From an uncultured bacterium (GTDB taxonomy: Bacteria > Oederibacteriota > Oederibacteriia > Oederibacteriales > Oederibacteriaceae), in the NCBI GenBank assembly GCA_965112635.1, contig OZ218778.1:1248001-1312000 (forward strand): a stretch of DNA of 64,000 nucleotides, read 5' to 3'. A model generated the notes under the pieces. It saw only the letters and a list, made by a program, of their open reading frames with translations. It had not been told where the DNA came from and searched no databases. Positions 9,553 through 18,933 of this stretch are shown piece after piece. Numbering within the stretch: position 1 is the first letter of the stretch; each line of letters starts with the position of its first letter. A program made the translations under genes and the position numbers.

Positions 9553-10654
9553 ACTTTTCCGTTCCATCAAATTCCTTGCCTTATTATCCCTTTTATTGCC
9601 TTTTAGCCGGGCTTTTGGCCTGGACAGCGGCTGGCTGGAGGGCCAAAAAGTCCTGGCCCTGGTGGGGCCGGCCATCAGCCAGCAGACGAAAACCCTGCTC
9701 CAGGGAGCCCGCCAAAGGGTTTGGGTGGAGATGTATGAATTCCAGCGCCGGGATTACGCCCAAGAACTGGCGGACCTGGCCCAGCAGGGGGTGGAGGTCA
9801 AGGTCCTGCTGGATATTCGCACGCCTGGAAGCCTGAGCATCAAAAATTTTCTGGCTCACCACAAAGTGGCGGTCAGGACCCTAGCCATGGACGACCCTTC
9901 CCAGAAAAATCACGCCAAGCTAATCCTGGTGGACGGCGGCATAGCCATTGTCTCCAGCATGAACTGGGGCACCCGCTCCGAGGAAAACATCGAGGCCGGG
10001 GTGCTTTTGCAGGGGTCAAGTGCGGGATATTTGGAAAATGTTTTTTGCCGGGACTGGCAAAAAAGCACAGGCCAGACCCTGTTGCCCAGCCCGGTCCAGG
10101 CGGCCAGCCAGGGAAAAAGCAGGGTAAGAGTTTTGACGGACAAAGATTTCTGGAAACCCCTCCTGGAAACACTGAACTCCAGCAGTTCTGAGATCAAAGC
10201 AGGGCTCTATTCTTTCACCGACCGCAAGCTGGAAGCCAGTCTGAGCCGGGCCGCCAAAAAAGGGGTTACCGTGAGGGTCGTCCTGGAGCCCAGCCAGATG
10301 GAGAATCAAAAGACAGCGGAATATCTGGCCAAGGGACATGTAACCGTCAGATGGTATGATCCGGGTTCCAGCAAGTCCGGGGTCATGCATTTAAAGCTCG
10401 GCGAGGTAGACCAGCGCCTGACCGCGGTAGGTTCAGCCAACTGGAGTAGCAGGGGATTTGGCTGGAACCACGAGATCAGCCTGTTGATCGACGACCCTGC
10501 GATTGCCCGCGTTTTTAGCCAGGAGTTGGACGGCCTATGGTCGGCAGGTTCAACTGTGCCTACCAGTCCGGCCAGCGGACACGACAAGGGAAGCCGTTTT
10601 GGCGTCCATCCCAAAAAGGATTATGAGTTCAACCTCCGCTCCTCGATGGAATAA
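9545..10654 (+). CDS. Exported phospholipase D superfamily protein with two HKD motifs
   Basis: HAKLILVD...SSMN and HLKLGEVD...GSAN motifs; N-terminal signal peptide. Confidence 0.85.
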   Translation: MPKLFRSIKFLALLSLLLPFSRAFGLDSGWLEGQKVLALVGPAISQQTKTLLQGARQRVWVEMYEFQRRDYAQELADLAQQGVEVKVLLDIRTPGSLSIKNFLAHHKVAVRTLAMDDPSQKNHAKLILVDGGIAIVSSMNWGTRSEENIEAGVLLQGSSAGYLENVFCRDWQKSTGQTLLPSPVQAASQGKSRVRVLTDKDFWKPLLETLNSSSSEIKAGLYSFTDRKLEASLSRAAKKGVTVRVVLEPSQMENQKTAEYLAKGHVTVRWYDPGSSKSGVMHLKLGEVDQRLTAVGSANWSSRGFGWNHEISLLIDDPAIARVFSQELDGLWSAGSTVPTSPASGHDKGSRFGVHPKKDYEFNLRSSME

Positions 10655-10681
10655 TTAATGAGGTTGGCCAAAATGGCCGGG

Positions 10682-10690
10682 TGATATAAT
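10682..10690 (+). promoter_or_regulatory. Extended -10 promoter element
   Basis: TGATATAAT 17 nt before ATG 10708. Confidence 0.5.
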
Positions 10691-10707
10691 TGCCGCAGGG
10701 AGCTCTT

Positions 10708-12849
10708 ATGATGTCCGTTATTAGAAAAGAAAATTTTCTATTCCGATTATCCTTTTTATTCCTCTTGCTTTTCGTCCCCTGCAGGGCTTCCCTGGCTGAT
10801 ATGTGGACGGATTTTCACGGCACCACCAGCAACAACGGCGTGACGGACAGCGGAACCCGCAACAATCCGGCCACAACCGGAGTTCCTCCTTTCAACTACA
10901 TCTGGAGCCACACCAACTGGGACGGGGTGACCACGAGTGCTATCCAAGAGAACAGCCCGATCATCGTTAACGGGGTGGCCTATTTAGCGTCCTTTGACGG
11001 CCAGATCTTTGCCTGGGACACTGCGACCGGCAACCCCGTGGCGCCCTTTCCCCTGAATACAGGGGATGCCATGGCCTCAGCCCCGGCTGTGGCCAACGGC
11101 ACTATTTATGTGGAATCTCTGGACGACGGGCTTTTTGCCTACAATATCGCCACGGGGGCTTTGGTTTTCAATGTTCCTACGGGCATACCCTGCATGAATG
11201 CAGGCTGGGTCCTCGGGTCTTCTCCTGTCGTGGACAACGGTAAAGTTTATGTGGGAAGCTGCGACGGTAAAGTTTACGGTTTCAATGCTCTGACCGGGGC
11301 TGGCATCCCCAATTTTCCTTTGGCTACGGGAGGGGCTGTCTGGTCCTCGCCAGCCGTGGACAACGGCGTCCTTTACGCGGGCTCCGAGGACGGCAAACTC
11401 TACGCGTGGGACGCCAATACCGGAGCTCTGAAATTTTCCAACCCCGTGACGGCCGGATTTGGCATCGCTTCCTCCCCGGTTGTCAGCGGCGGCATCGTAT
11501 TCATCGGCGCGGACGACGGCAAGCTCTATGCCTGGAACGCGGCAACCGGGGCCGCCATCGCCAATTTCCCGGTAAGCACCGGAGGCCGGCTCTGGTCCAC
11601 ACCGGCTGTGGCCTACGGCAATGTGTATGTAGGTTCACAGGACGGGAAACTGTACGGCTGGAACATCGCCACCGGGGCTTTGGTGCCGGGATTCCCGGTC
11701 ACGCTCAACGACTCTATTGAATGCTCTCCCTCCGTGGCCAACGGCGTGGTCTATATCGGGACCGGAGAATGCTGCAACGCTGTCGGCAACTCGGTCTACG
11801 GCATCAATGCCGCGAACGGTTCGGTTCTGTGGAGCTATAATTTGCCTTCCGACCCCGATTTTCCTGAAGGATTGGACGAAAGTTCCCCGACCGTGGCTGA
11901 TAACAAGCTCTTTGTCAGCTCGGACGAACTCAACGGCATTTATGTGTTCTCCCTTTCCACGCAAACCTATACTCCCACGGCCACAGGGACCTCGACCCAC
12001 ACGGGGACCCCTACCACGACCGGGACAGTCACCTTGACGGCCACCCAGACCCAGACCCCTTCGCAGACTTTGACCCCCTCCAAGACCTTGACTTCCAGCA
12101 ATACCGCCACCCCAACCCTTACCTTTACACAGACCGAAACCCCCACGCAGACCCTGACGCCCAGCAAGACCTTTACCCCGAGCAACACGGCGACCCAGAC
12201 CAGCACCATGACGCCGACCCCCAATATCCTTGTCATCCATAAGTCAGCCTCGCCCAGCCAGGGAGACAACAACGATCTCATTACCTATTCCCTGACCCTG
12301 CGGAACAACGGCTCGGATGCCACAGGGGTGACCCTGTGGGACAGCGTGAGTTCCAGGCTGGACCTGGTGAGTTATTCTTCGCCCGGAGTGTCCAGCCCGC
12401 CGTTGCTGAGCTGGTCTTTGGGGACCGTCACCGCAGGCCAGCGTGTCGTGGAGACTTTTTCGGCCAAAATCGACAACAACGACGCTCCGGGGTCCGAGAT
12501 CCCCAATAATTTTTACGCGAGATATTTTGATACCGCCACCCTGCAGACCGTCGCGGGCTTAAAGAGCAATACCGCCTGGGTGACGGTGGGCAAGGATGTC
12601 TTGGTCTATCCCAACCCCTTCAGCCTGAGCGGCTCCCTGGGCCGGGTCCTCAAATTCGTCAACGTGGAACCGGGCACGACCATCGAGATCCGCAGCCTTT
12701 CCGGAGAGATCGTGACGTCCATCCAGGCCGCGGATTATTACGCCACCTGGGACGGCCGCAACAACAGGGGGGAACTGGTGGCGCCGGGCATATTTTTTTA
12801 CATCATCGGTTATCCCAGCGTGAAAGGCAGGCTCATCGTCCACCCTTAA
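10708..12849 (+). CDS. Secreted PQQ-like (BamB-type) beta-propeller protein with Thr-rich linker, DUF11-like domain and FlgD-Ig/T9SS-like C-terminal domain
   Basis: Repeated SSPAV.NG.LY.GS.DGKLYAW blades, a TxT linker, and C-terminal VYPNPF...WDGRNNRGELVAPGIFFY. Confidence 0.8.
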   Translation: MMSVIRKENFLFRLSFLFLLLFVPCRASLADMWTDFHGTTSNNGVTDSGTRNNPATTGVPPFNYIWSHTNWDGVTTSAIQENSPIIVNGVAYLASFDGQIFAWDTATGNPVAPFPLNTGDAMASAPAVANGTIYVESLDDGLFAYNIATGALVFNVPTGIPCMNAGWVLGSSPVVDNGKVYVGSCDGKVYGFNALTGAGIPNFPLATGGAVWSSPAVDNGVLYAGSEDGKLYAWDANTGALKFSNPVTAGFGIASSPVVSGGIVFIGADDGKLYAWNAATGAAIANFPVSTGGRLWSTPAVAYGNVYVGSQDGKLYGWNIATGALVPGFPVTLNDSIECSPSVANGVVYIGTGECCNAVGNSVYGINAANGSVLWSYNLPSDPDFPEGLDESSPTVADNKLFVSSDELNGIYVFSLSTQTYTPTATGTSTHTGTPTTTGTVTLTATQTQTPSQTLTPSKTLTSSNTATPTLTFTQTETPTQTLTPSKTFTPSNTATQTSTMTPTPNILVIHKSASPSQGDNNDLITYSLTLRNNGSDATGVTLWDSVSSRLDLVSYSSPGVSSPPLLSWSLGTVTAGQRVVETFSAKIDNNDAPGSEIPNNFYARYFDTATLQTVAGLKSNTAWVTVGKDVLVYPNPFSLSGSLGRVLKFVNVEPGTTIEIRSLSGEIVTSIQAADYYATWDGRNNRGELVAPGIFFYIIGYPSVKGRLIVHP

Positions 12850-12885
12850 AGGGTTCCGATTTAACCTGAAAAAGTCGCTATTGGC

Positions 12886-12914
12886 TTGACAAGAGGGGTT
12901 TGAGGGGTTAGATT
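12886..12914 (+). promoter_or_regulatory. Sigma70-type promoter of the his/trp cluster
   Basis: TTGACA (12886-12891), a 17-bp spacer, then TAGATT (12909-12914). Confidence 0.75.
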
Positions 12915-12959
12915 ATTAACAATTCCGCACAAGGCGGGTCAAAAAAAGGAGAATTTTTC

Positions 12960-13031
12960 GTGGAAAACATCAAGTTAGCGGGCTGGCATTGGCATTCTGG
13001 TTCCACTAGGGGTGTGCCCGCTGCTTGGTAA
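12960..13031 (+). CDS. Leader peptide with Trp-His-Trp-His control codons (MENIKLAGWHWHSGSTRGVPAAW)
   Basis: SD AAGGAG, then GTG start at 12960, TGG CAT TGG CAT at 12984-12995 and TAA at 13029-13031. Lies between the promoter and a terminator upstream of hisD. Confidence 0.85.
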   Translation: MENIKLAGWHWHSGSTRGVPAAW

Positions 13032-13049
13032 TCAGGTGCAGTAAATTCC

Positions 13050-13082
13050 AAAGGCCGTGGGTCACCACCCACGGCCTTTTTT
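13050..13082 (+). terminator. Attenuator terminator (3:4 hairpin)
   Basis: AAAGGCCGTGGGT-cacc-ACCCACGGCCTTT with a T6 tract, ending about 43 nt before hisD. Confidence 0.9.
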
Positions 13083-13125
13083 GTTACTATATCCATCATC
13101 CATTTAGGCGAACAAGGGAGAACTA

Positions 13126-14493
13126 ATGAAAATATTCAAATGCGGCAACGAAAAACAAAAACAAAAAGTGTTCCAGTGGCTGGAGGCGATGAGCCAGAGC
13201 GACCCCAAGGTCGATGAGGTCGTCGCTAGCATCGGGGGGCTGGTCAAAAAGGACGGGGACCGCGCTTTATGCCAGCTGGCCATGCTTAGCCGGCCTGATG
13301 TTTCCAGGGCCGTGAGGCTGGGCGGCAGCAGGGCGTTGCTGCGGTATTACACCCGTCTCAAGATGCCCAGGTTCCCCCTCAAGGTCACGGACAAGGAAAT
13401 GAAGGGTTCCCTGGCCAAAGTTTCGCCTGGTGTTTTAAGGGCCGTGGTCCAGTCCCGGGACAATATCAGACGGTTCCATGAGCAGGCGGACAAAAGGACC
13501 TGGCTCAAGACCACGAACAAGCGGGGACAGCGGATCACTTTGGGCCAGATATACCGTCCTGTGGAATGCGCTGGGCTGTATGTGCCCGGAGGCACGGCTC
13601 CCCTGGTTTCTACTGTGCTGATGACCGCGGTCCCGGCCAGGGTTGCCGGGGTCAAGCGCTGTTATATTTGCACGCCGGCCTCTAGCCAGGGTGTGGTGCA
13701 TCCGATTATCCTGGCCGCAGCCAGGCTGTGCGGGGTTAACGAGGTTTACCGCACTGGCGGCAGCCAAGCTGTTTTTGCCATGGCCTACGGCACCCAGACC
13801 ATCCCGAGAGCGGACAAGATAGCCGGTCCGGGCAATGCCTATGTGGCGGCGGCCCTGAGGCAGGTGCAAGGATTCGCTGGAGTGGAGAGCATCCCGGGCC
13901 CCTCCGAAGTCATGATCGTGGCCGATGAGAGCGCCGACCCCATGGCCTTGGCCATGGACCTGTGCTCCCAGGCCGAACACGACGAGCGGGCTGTGGCCGT
14001 GCTCGTGGCGCTGTCGCCGCGCGTGACCCGGCAGGTCGAGGCGGCTTTGATAAAAGCCCTGCCTATGCTGGAGCGCCAGAGCGTCATCGAAAAGGTGCTG
14101 CAGAACAGGGCGGCCATTATTGAGGTCAAAAATAAAGCCATGGCTTTGGCCCTGGCCAACCGCATGGCTGCGGAGCATCTGGAGGTCAATTTAAAAGGCA
14201 ACGAGTCGGAAAAGTTCAGCCGGCAGGTCCAGAACGCCGGGGCAATTTTGGTGGGGCCGTTCACGCCGGCCGCGGTGAGCGATTATTTCGCCGGACCGAG
14301 CCACGTGCTGCCTACCGGCGGGACAGCCCGTTTTTCCTCAGGCGTTACCGTGGACACTTTTTTAAAGAAGACCAGCTGGGTTTCCTATAACGAAAAGGCC
14401 TTAAAAGAGGCCAGATTAGCGGTGCAGGCCCTGGCTTTGGTCGAAGGCTTGACGGCGCACAGCCAGAGCCTGGCCGTGCGCACAAAAAGATAG
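13126..14493 (+). CDS. hisD: Histidinol dehydrogenase
   Basis: GLYVPGG, GPGNAYV, GPSE, SQAEHD, AEHLE and DYFAGPSHVLPT motifs. Confidence 0.95.
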   Translation: MKIFKCGNEKQKQKVFQWLEAMSQSDPKVDEVVASIGGLVKKDGDRALCQLAMLSRPDVSRAVRLGGSRALLRYYTRLKMPRFPLKVTDKEMKGSLAKVSPGVLRAVVQSRDNIRRFHEQADKRTWLKTTNKRGQRITLGQIYRPVECAGLYVPGGTAPLVSTVLMTAVPARVAGVKRCYICTPASSQGVVHPIILAAARLCGVNEVYRTGGSQAVFAMAYGTQTIPRADKIAGPGNAYVAAALRQVQGFAGVESIPGPSEVMIVADESADPMALAMDLCSQAEHDERAVAVLVALSPRVTRQVEAALIKALPMLERQSVIEKVLQNRAAIIEVKNKAMALALANRMAAEHLEVNLKGNESEKFSRQVQNAGAILVGPFTPAAVSDYFAGPSHVLPTGGTARFSSGVTVDTFLKKTSWVSYNEKALKEARLAVQALALVEGLTAHSQSLAVRTKR

Positions 14494-14509
14494 GATGAGG
14501 AAGGTCATT

Positions 14510-15596
14510 ATGAACAGCGACAAGGGAAACGATTTATATCTGAGAGGGGAGATCAGGACGCTCAAGCCCTATAGCGTCGAGGAAGAATCTTTCCGGGTCA
14601 AATTGGACGCCAACGAGAACCCGTTCGACCTGCCCGCGGAGGTCAAGGAAGAAGTCCTCAGCGCGGCCCGGTCCAAGCCGTTCAACCGTTATCCGGACGC
14701 CAACGCGACCGTGCTGCGGGAAATGGTGGCCCAGGACCTGAACCTTAAAAAGGAGAATATCCTGTTCGGAAACGGGTCGGACGAGCTCATCCAGCTTATC
14801 CTGGCCACTTATGGGGCGCCGGGGCGGCGGGCGGTCTTTCCCGCTCCTACCTTTGAGATGTACAACGTCCTGACGCAGGTCAGCGGCATGGTGCCGGTGA
14901 GCGTAGCCCTGGACAAGAGGAATTTCGATTTGGACGAAAAGGAGTTCCTTAAAGAGCTGGCCAAGGAAAAGACCGAGCTGTGTTTTTTGGTCTATCCCAA
15001 CAGCCCGACCGGCAACTGCTTCAGCACAGCCAAGGTCGAGGAGGTCCTCAAAGCCAGCCGGGGTCTGGTGGTCATTGACGAGGCCTATTTTCAATTCTGC
15101 GGCAAGACCTTTGTGCCGAGGCTCAAGACCTATCCCAACCTCATTGTGCTGAGGACATTTTCCAAGGCGTTCGGCCTGGCGGGTTTGAGGGCGGGTTATT
15201 GTGTGGGGACGCCGGAAGTGCTGGCCAACCTATGGAAGGTCAAGCTGCCTTACAACCTCAACGCCCTGACCCAGCTGGCCGTGCAGGGGGCCATGCGTTA
15301 TAAGAAAAAAGTTCTGGAAAAAGTCGAGGAAATATTGCGGGAAAGGGATAAACTTGCGGACAGGCTGGCCCATGTCCCCGGGGTCAAACCATACCCGAGC
15401 GAGACCAATTTCATCTTTTTCGAGGTGGAAAAGGGCGCTTCCCGGGTCTTTGAACAGTTGAAAAAAGAAGGGATACTCATCCGGAGTTTCCAGGACCAGC
15501 CCGGGCTGGATGGTTTTATGAGGGTCACAGGTGGGGTCTAGCGAAGAGAACGAGGAGTTTTTGCAGATTCTAGAGAAGATAGTTAGAAATTTGTAG
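14510..15596 (+). CDS. hisC: Histidinol-phosphate aminotransferase (apparent one-base frameshift near 15530)
   Basis: KLDANENP, RYPD, GNGSDELI, DEAY and RTFSKAFGLAGLRAGY. The canonical C-terminus RVTVGSSEENEEFL continues in a shifted frame to TAG 15594-15596. Confidence 0.9.
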
Positions 15597-15638
15597 GAGC
15601 CGCTCCTGGCCAAGCCGGGAGGGGACGAGGAGGTTACG

Positions 15639-16238
15639 ATGAAAGCCAGGATCGCCAAGGTCGTGCGCAAGACCAAGGAGACCGACATCAAGGCAGTCCT
15701 AAACCTGGACGGCAAGGGTGAGATCACGGTCAGGACCGGGATCCCCTTTTTCGACCACATGCTTACCTCCCTGGCCAAACACGCTGGTTTTGACCTCCAA
15801 CTCTCGGCCAAAGGGGACACTCAGGTAGACGACCACCACACGGTCGAGGACGTGGGACTGGTCCTGGGGCAGGCTTTGGCCAAAGCCCTGGGGGATAAAA
15901 AGGGCATCCAGCGGTTCGGTTCGGCCATCGTGCCCATGGACGAGGCCAGGGCATACGCGGCCTTGGACATCAGCGGCCGTCCCTGCCTCAGTTACAGCAT
16001 AAGCATCGTCAAGGAGATCAAGGAGTTTGACCTGGAACTGCTGGAGGATTTTTTTGAGGCTTTTACCGTGGAAGGCCGGCTCACCCTGCACCTGTGGACC
16101 GACAGCCAGGCCGGGAAAAAGGTGAACAGCCACCACCAGGCCGAGGCCATGTTCAAGGCCAGCGCCTGCGCTCTCAGGCAGGCGGTCAGCCTCAACCCTC
16201 GGGTCAAGGGCGTGCCCTCGACAAAGGGAAAGCTATAA
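15639..16238 (+). CDS. hisB: Imidazoleglycerol-phosphate dehydratase (monofunctional)
   Basis: RKTKETDI, FFDHML, DDHHTVED, NSHHQAEAMFK and PSTKGKL. Confidence 0.97.
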   Translation: MKARIAKVVRKTKETDIKAVLNLDGKGEITVRTGIPFFDHMLTSLAKHAGFDLQLSAKGDTQVDDHHTVEDVGLVLGQALAKALGDKKGIQRFGSAIVPMDEARAYAALDISGRPCLSYSISIVKEIKEFDLELLEDFFEAFTVEGRLTLHLWTDSQAGKKVNSHHQAEAMFKASACALRQAVSLNPRVKGVPSTKGKL

Positions 16239-16269
16239 AAAACTAAGGAAAAGGTAAGGATATTTTAAG

Positions 16270-16938
16270 ATGATCGCGGTTGTGGATTACGGGATGGGCA
16301 ATTTGAGGAGCGTCCAAAAAGCCCTGGAGAGCGTGGGCGGGGAGGCTGTGGTCACGGACAAACCAGAGGTGATCACTGAGGCCAGGGCCATTGTTCTGCC
16401 CGGGGTAGGGGCTTTTGGCGCTGCCGTGGAAAAACTCCAGGCGCAGAACCTGATCGGATTGCTCAAAAGAGAGATCAGCAGCGGCAAACCCTTTTTGGGC
16501 ATTTGCCTGGGGCTCCAGCTGCTCTTCCAGGAGAGCGAGGAGTCGCCGGGCGTTGCCGGACTGGGGCTTTTGGAGGGCAAGGTCAAGGCCCTGAAGGTCA
16601 GCCTCAAGATCCCGCATATGGGCTGGAACCAGGTCCACCTCAACCCCAAGAACAAGAGCAGGCTGTTCCAGGGGATCCACGACAAGACTTTTTTTTATTT
16701 TGACCATACCTTCGCGGTTGTGCCCAAGGATCCGCGGGACATCGCCACCACGACCGATTATGAGGTCGATTTTGTGAGCGCGGTCAAAAGGGACAACATC
16801 TACGGGGTGCAGTTCCATCCTGAGAAAAGCCAGGCCGCGGGTCTGCGCCTGCTCAGGAATTTCGTCATGTTCAGCAAGGTGCCGTTGGGCGCTTTTAAAC
16901 TGATCAAAGAGATCACAAGAAGGACCAGGAAAAGATAG
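16270..16938 (+). CDS. hisH: Imidazole glycerol phosphate synthase, glutaminase subunit
   Basis: DYGMGNLRSV, PGVG, GICLGLQ, PHMGWN and QFHPEKS. Confidence 0.97.
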   Translation: MIAVVDYGMGNLRSVQKALESVGGEAVVTDKPEVITEARAIVLPGVGAFGAAVEKLQAQNLIGLLKREISSGKPFLGICLGLQLLFQESEESPGVAGLGLLEGKVKALKVSLKIPHMGWNQVHLNPKNKSRLFQGIHDKTFFYFDHTFAVVPKDPRDIATTTDYEVDFVSAVKRDNIYGVQFHPEKSQAAGLRLLRNFVMFSKVPLGAFKLIKEITRRTRKR

Positions 16939-16962
16939 CCTGGCCGGAGGAGGAGCAAAGCT

Positions 16963-17724
16963 GTGTTCGTTATTCCAGCGATAGACCTGAGGGACGGGTG
17001 CTGTGTCAGGCTGGTGCAGGGCGACCCGCACCGCCAGACCGTATATTCCAAGGAGCCGGTATCCATGGCCAAGCTATGGTACCTCAAGGGCGCCAAGTGG
17101 ATACACGTCGTGGACCTCAACGGCGCCCTGACCGGCAAGCCCATCCATATCGGCATCGTCAAACGCATCTGCCGGGAGGTCAAGGCCAAGGTCGAGTTCG
17201 GCGGCGGGGTGCGGAGCATGGACGTGATCGCGGAGCTCGTCGAGGCGGGAGTGCAGCGGGTCATCCTGGGCACTTCGGCCGTGGACCAGGCCAGCCTGGT
17301 GCAAAAGGCGGTGGCGCGGTTCGGCGGTAAGATCGCCGTGGCCCTGGACGTGAGAAGGGGCAAGCTGGCCACGCAGGGCTGGAAAACCATAGTGTCCCGG
17401 GAGCCTCTGGAGATGGCCCGGGAGATGCAAAAGCTGGGTGTGGGGACCTTTGTATTCACCGAGGTGAGCCGGGACGGCATGCTCAAAGGCCCTGCTTTTA
17501 AGGCCACTTCTGACTTTGTCCGGCAGGCCGGGGCCAAGGTCATCGCCTCGGGCGGCATCACCAAGCTGTCCAACCTGGTCAAGCTCAAAAAGCTGGAGCC
17601 CTTTGGGCTTATAGGCGCCATCGTGGGCAAGGCGCTTTATAGCGGGGACATGGACCTCAAGCAGGCCCTGGCCCTGGGCGAAGCCAAGGCCAGATCGAAG
17701 AAAAGACCGAAAAAAGGAGCGTAA
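16963..17724 (+). CDS. hisA: ProFAR isomerase
   Basis: IPAIDLRDGCCVRLVQG, HVVDLNGA, GGGVRS, RDGMLKG and ASGGI. Confidence 0.95.
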   Translation: MFVIPAIDLRDGCCVRLVQGDPHRQTVYSKEPVSMAKLWYLKGAKWIHVVDLNGALTGKPIHIGIVKRICREVKAKVEFGGGVRSMDVIAELVEAGVQRVILGTSAVDQASLVQKAVARFGGKIAVALDVRRGKLATQGWKTIVSREPLEMAREMQKLGVGTFVFTEVSRDGMLKGPAFKATSDFVRQAGAKVIASGGITKLSNLVKLKKLEPFGLIGAIVGKALYSGDMDLKQALALGEAKARSKKRPKKGA

Positions 17725-17730
17725 CCGAGC

Positions 17731-18504
17731 ATGTTAGCCAGGCGCATCATCCCTTGTCTGGATGTCACGGAAGGCAGGGTGGTCAAAGGGGTCAAGTTCG
17801 TGGACCTTAAAGATGCCGGAGACCCGGTGGAGATCGCGTCCTATTACGACAAGCAGGGCGCGGACGAGCTGGTGTTCCTGGACATCACGGCGTCGCACGA
17901 AAAGCGAAAGATCATCCTGACCCTGGTCAACAAAACCGCGGAGAGGGTCTTCATCCCCCTGACCGTGGGCGGGGGCATCAGCGAGATCGCGGACATCCGG
18001 GACCTATTGAACGCCGGGGCGGACAAGGTCTCGCTCAACACCGCGGCCGTGGAAAACCCCAAGCTTATCCGGAGCGCTTCGGACAAGTTCGGGGCGCAGT
18101 GCATCGTGACGGCCATCGACGCCATCCGCCGGCCTCCCAAAAAAAGGGGGGAGGTTTTTTGGGAGGTCTACACCCACGGAGGCAGGAAACCCACAGGCCT
18201 CAACGCCCTGGACTGGGCGCAAAAAGTGGTGGACCTGGGTTCGGGCGAACTTTTGGTGACCAGCATGGACCGGGACGGCACCCAGGTGGGCTATGACCTG
18301 GAACTTTTAAAAGCTATCTCCGAAAGGGTCCATGTGCCGGTCATCGCCTCGGGCGGGGCAGGGCATCTCAAACACCTTTACGAGGCCCTGGCCATCGGCA
18401 AAGCCGACGCGGTCCTGGCGGCATCCATATTCCATTTTGGGACCTATACCGTCAAACAGGTCAAGCGGTACTTGAAAGACCGGGACGTCCCGGTCAGATT
18501 TTGA
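17731..18504 (+). CDS. hisF: Imidazole glycerol phosphate synthase, cyclase subunit
   Basis: RIIPCLDV...[23 protein letters not shown] and AASIFH. Confidence 0.97.
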   Translation: MLARRIIPCLDVTEGRVVKGVKFVDLKDAGDPVEIASYYDKQGADELVFLDITASHEKRKIILTLVNKTAERVFIPLTVGGGISEIADIRDLLNAGADKVSLNTAAVENPKLIRSASDKFGAQCIVTAIDAIRRPPKKRGEVFWEVYTHGGRKPTGLNALDWAQKVVDLGSGELLVTSMDRDGTQVGYDLELLKAISERVHVPVIASGGAGHLKHLYEALAIGKADAVLAASIFHFGTYTVKQVKRYLKDRDVPVRF

Positions 18505-18522
18505 TCATAAGGAAGAAGAACG

Positions 18523-18933
18523 ATGAACCCACTCATTAAAGAAGTCAAATTCAATAAGGACGGGCTGGTGCCCGCCATCGTGCAGGACACGCGGGACAAA
18601 CAGGTCCTGATGTGCGCCTTCATGAACCAGAAGGCTTTGGCCCTTACCCTGAAGACCGGGCTCATGCACTACTACAGCCGTTCGAGGAACAAACTGTGGC
18701 TCAAAGGCGAGGAGTCCGGGCACGTGCAAAGGGTCAAAAAGATCTTTGTGGACTGCGACGCGGACTGTCTGCTTTTCTATGTCCAGCAGACCAAGGCCGC
18801 GTGCCATACCGGTTTTCGCACCTGTTTTTATAGGGTGGCCGAGGCCAGGAAGGGTAGGTGGAAAGTGATTGGAAAACCCTTATTCGACCCTAAAAAAGTG
18901 TATTCCATTCCTAAGGGAGGGCGCGCCCGATGA
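18523..18933 (+). CDS. hisI: Phosphoribosyl-AMP cyclohydrolase (no HisE domain)
   Basis: [20 protein letters not shown] and ACHTG..TCF. Confidence 0.95.
   Translation: MNPLIKEVKFNKDGLVPAIVQDTRDKQVLMCAFMNQKALALTLKTGLMHYYSRSRNKLWLKGEESGHVQRVKKIFVDCDADCLLFYVQQTKAACHTGFRTCFYRVAEARKGRWKVIGKPLFDPKKVYSIPKGGRAR

Noticed and set aside
9545-10654. PLD protein as an anti-phage nuclease
   Set aside because: It has a signal peptide and a housekeeping context (trxA, ROK kinase), with no helicase or other defence partners.
11960-12225. Repetitive ACC/ACG-rich DNA as a possible CRISPR or VNTR array
   Set aside because: It encodes an in-frame Thr/Pro linker with degenerate codons and has no fixed repeat-spacer periodicity.
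12915-13125. T-box or metabolite riboswitch in the his/trp leader
   Set aside because: No T-box core (AGGTGGTACCGCG-like) was found and the leader is short. The leader peptide model explains the pairings.
16963-17724. HisA as a bifunctional PriA serving both pathways
   Set aside because: A dedicated TrpF domain is present, fused to TrpC, so nothing in the sequence requires or supports PriA activity.
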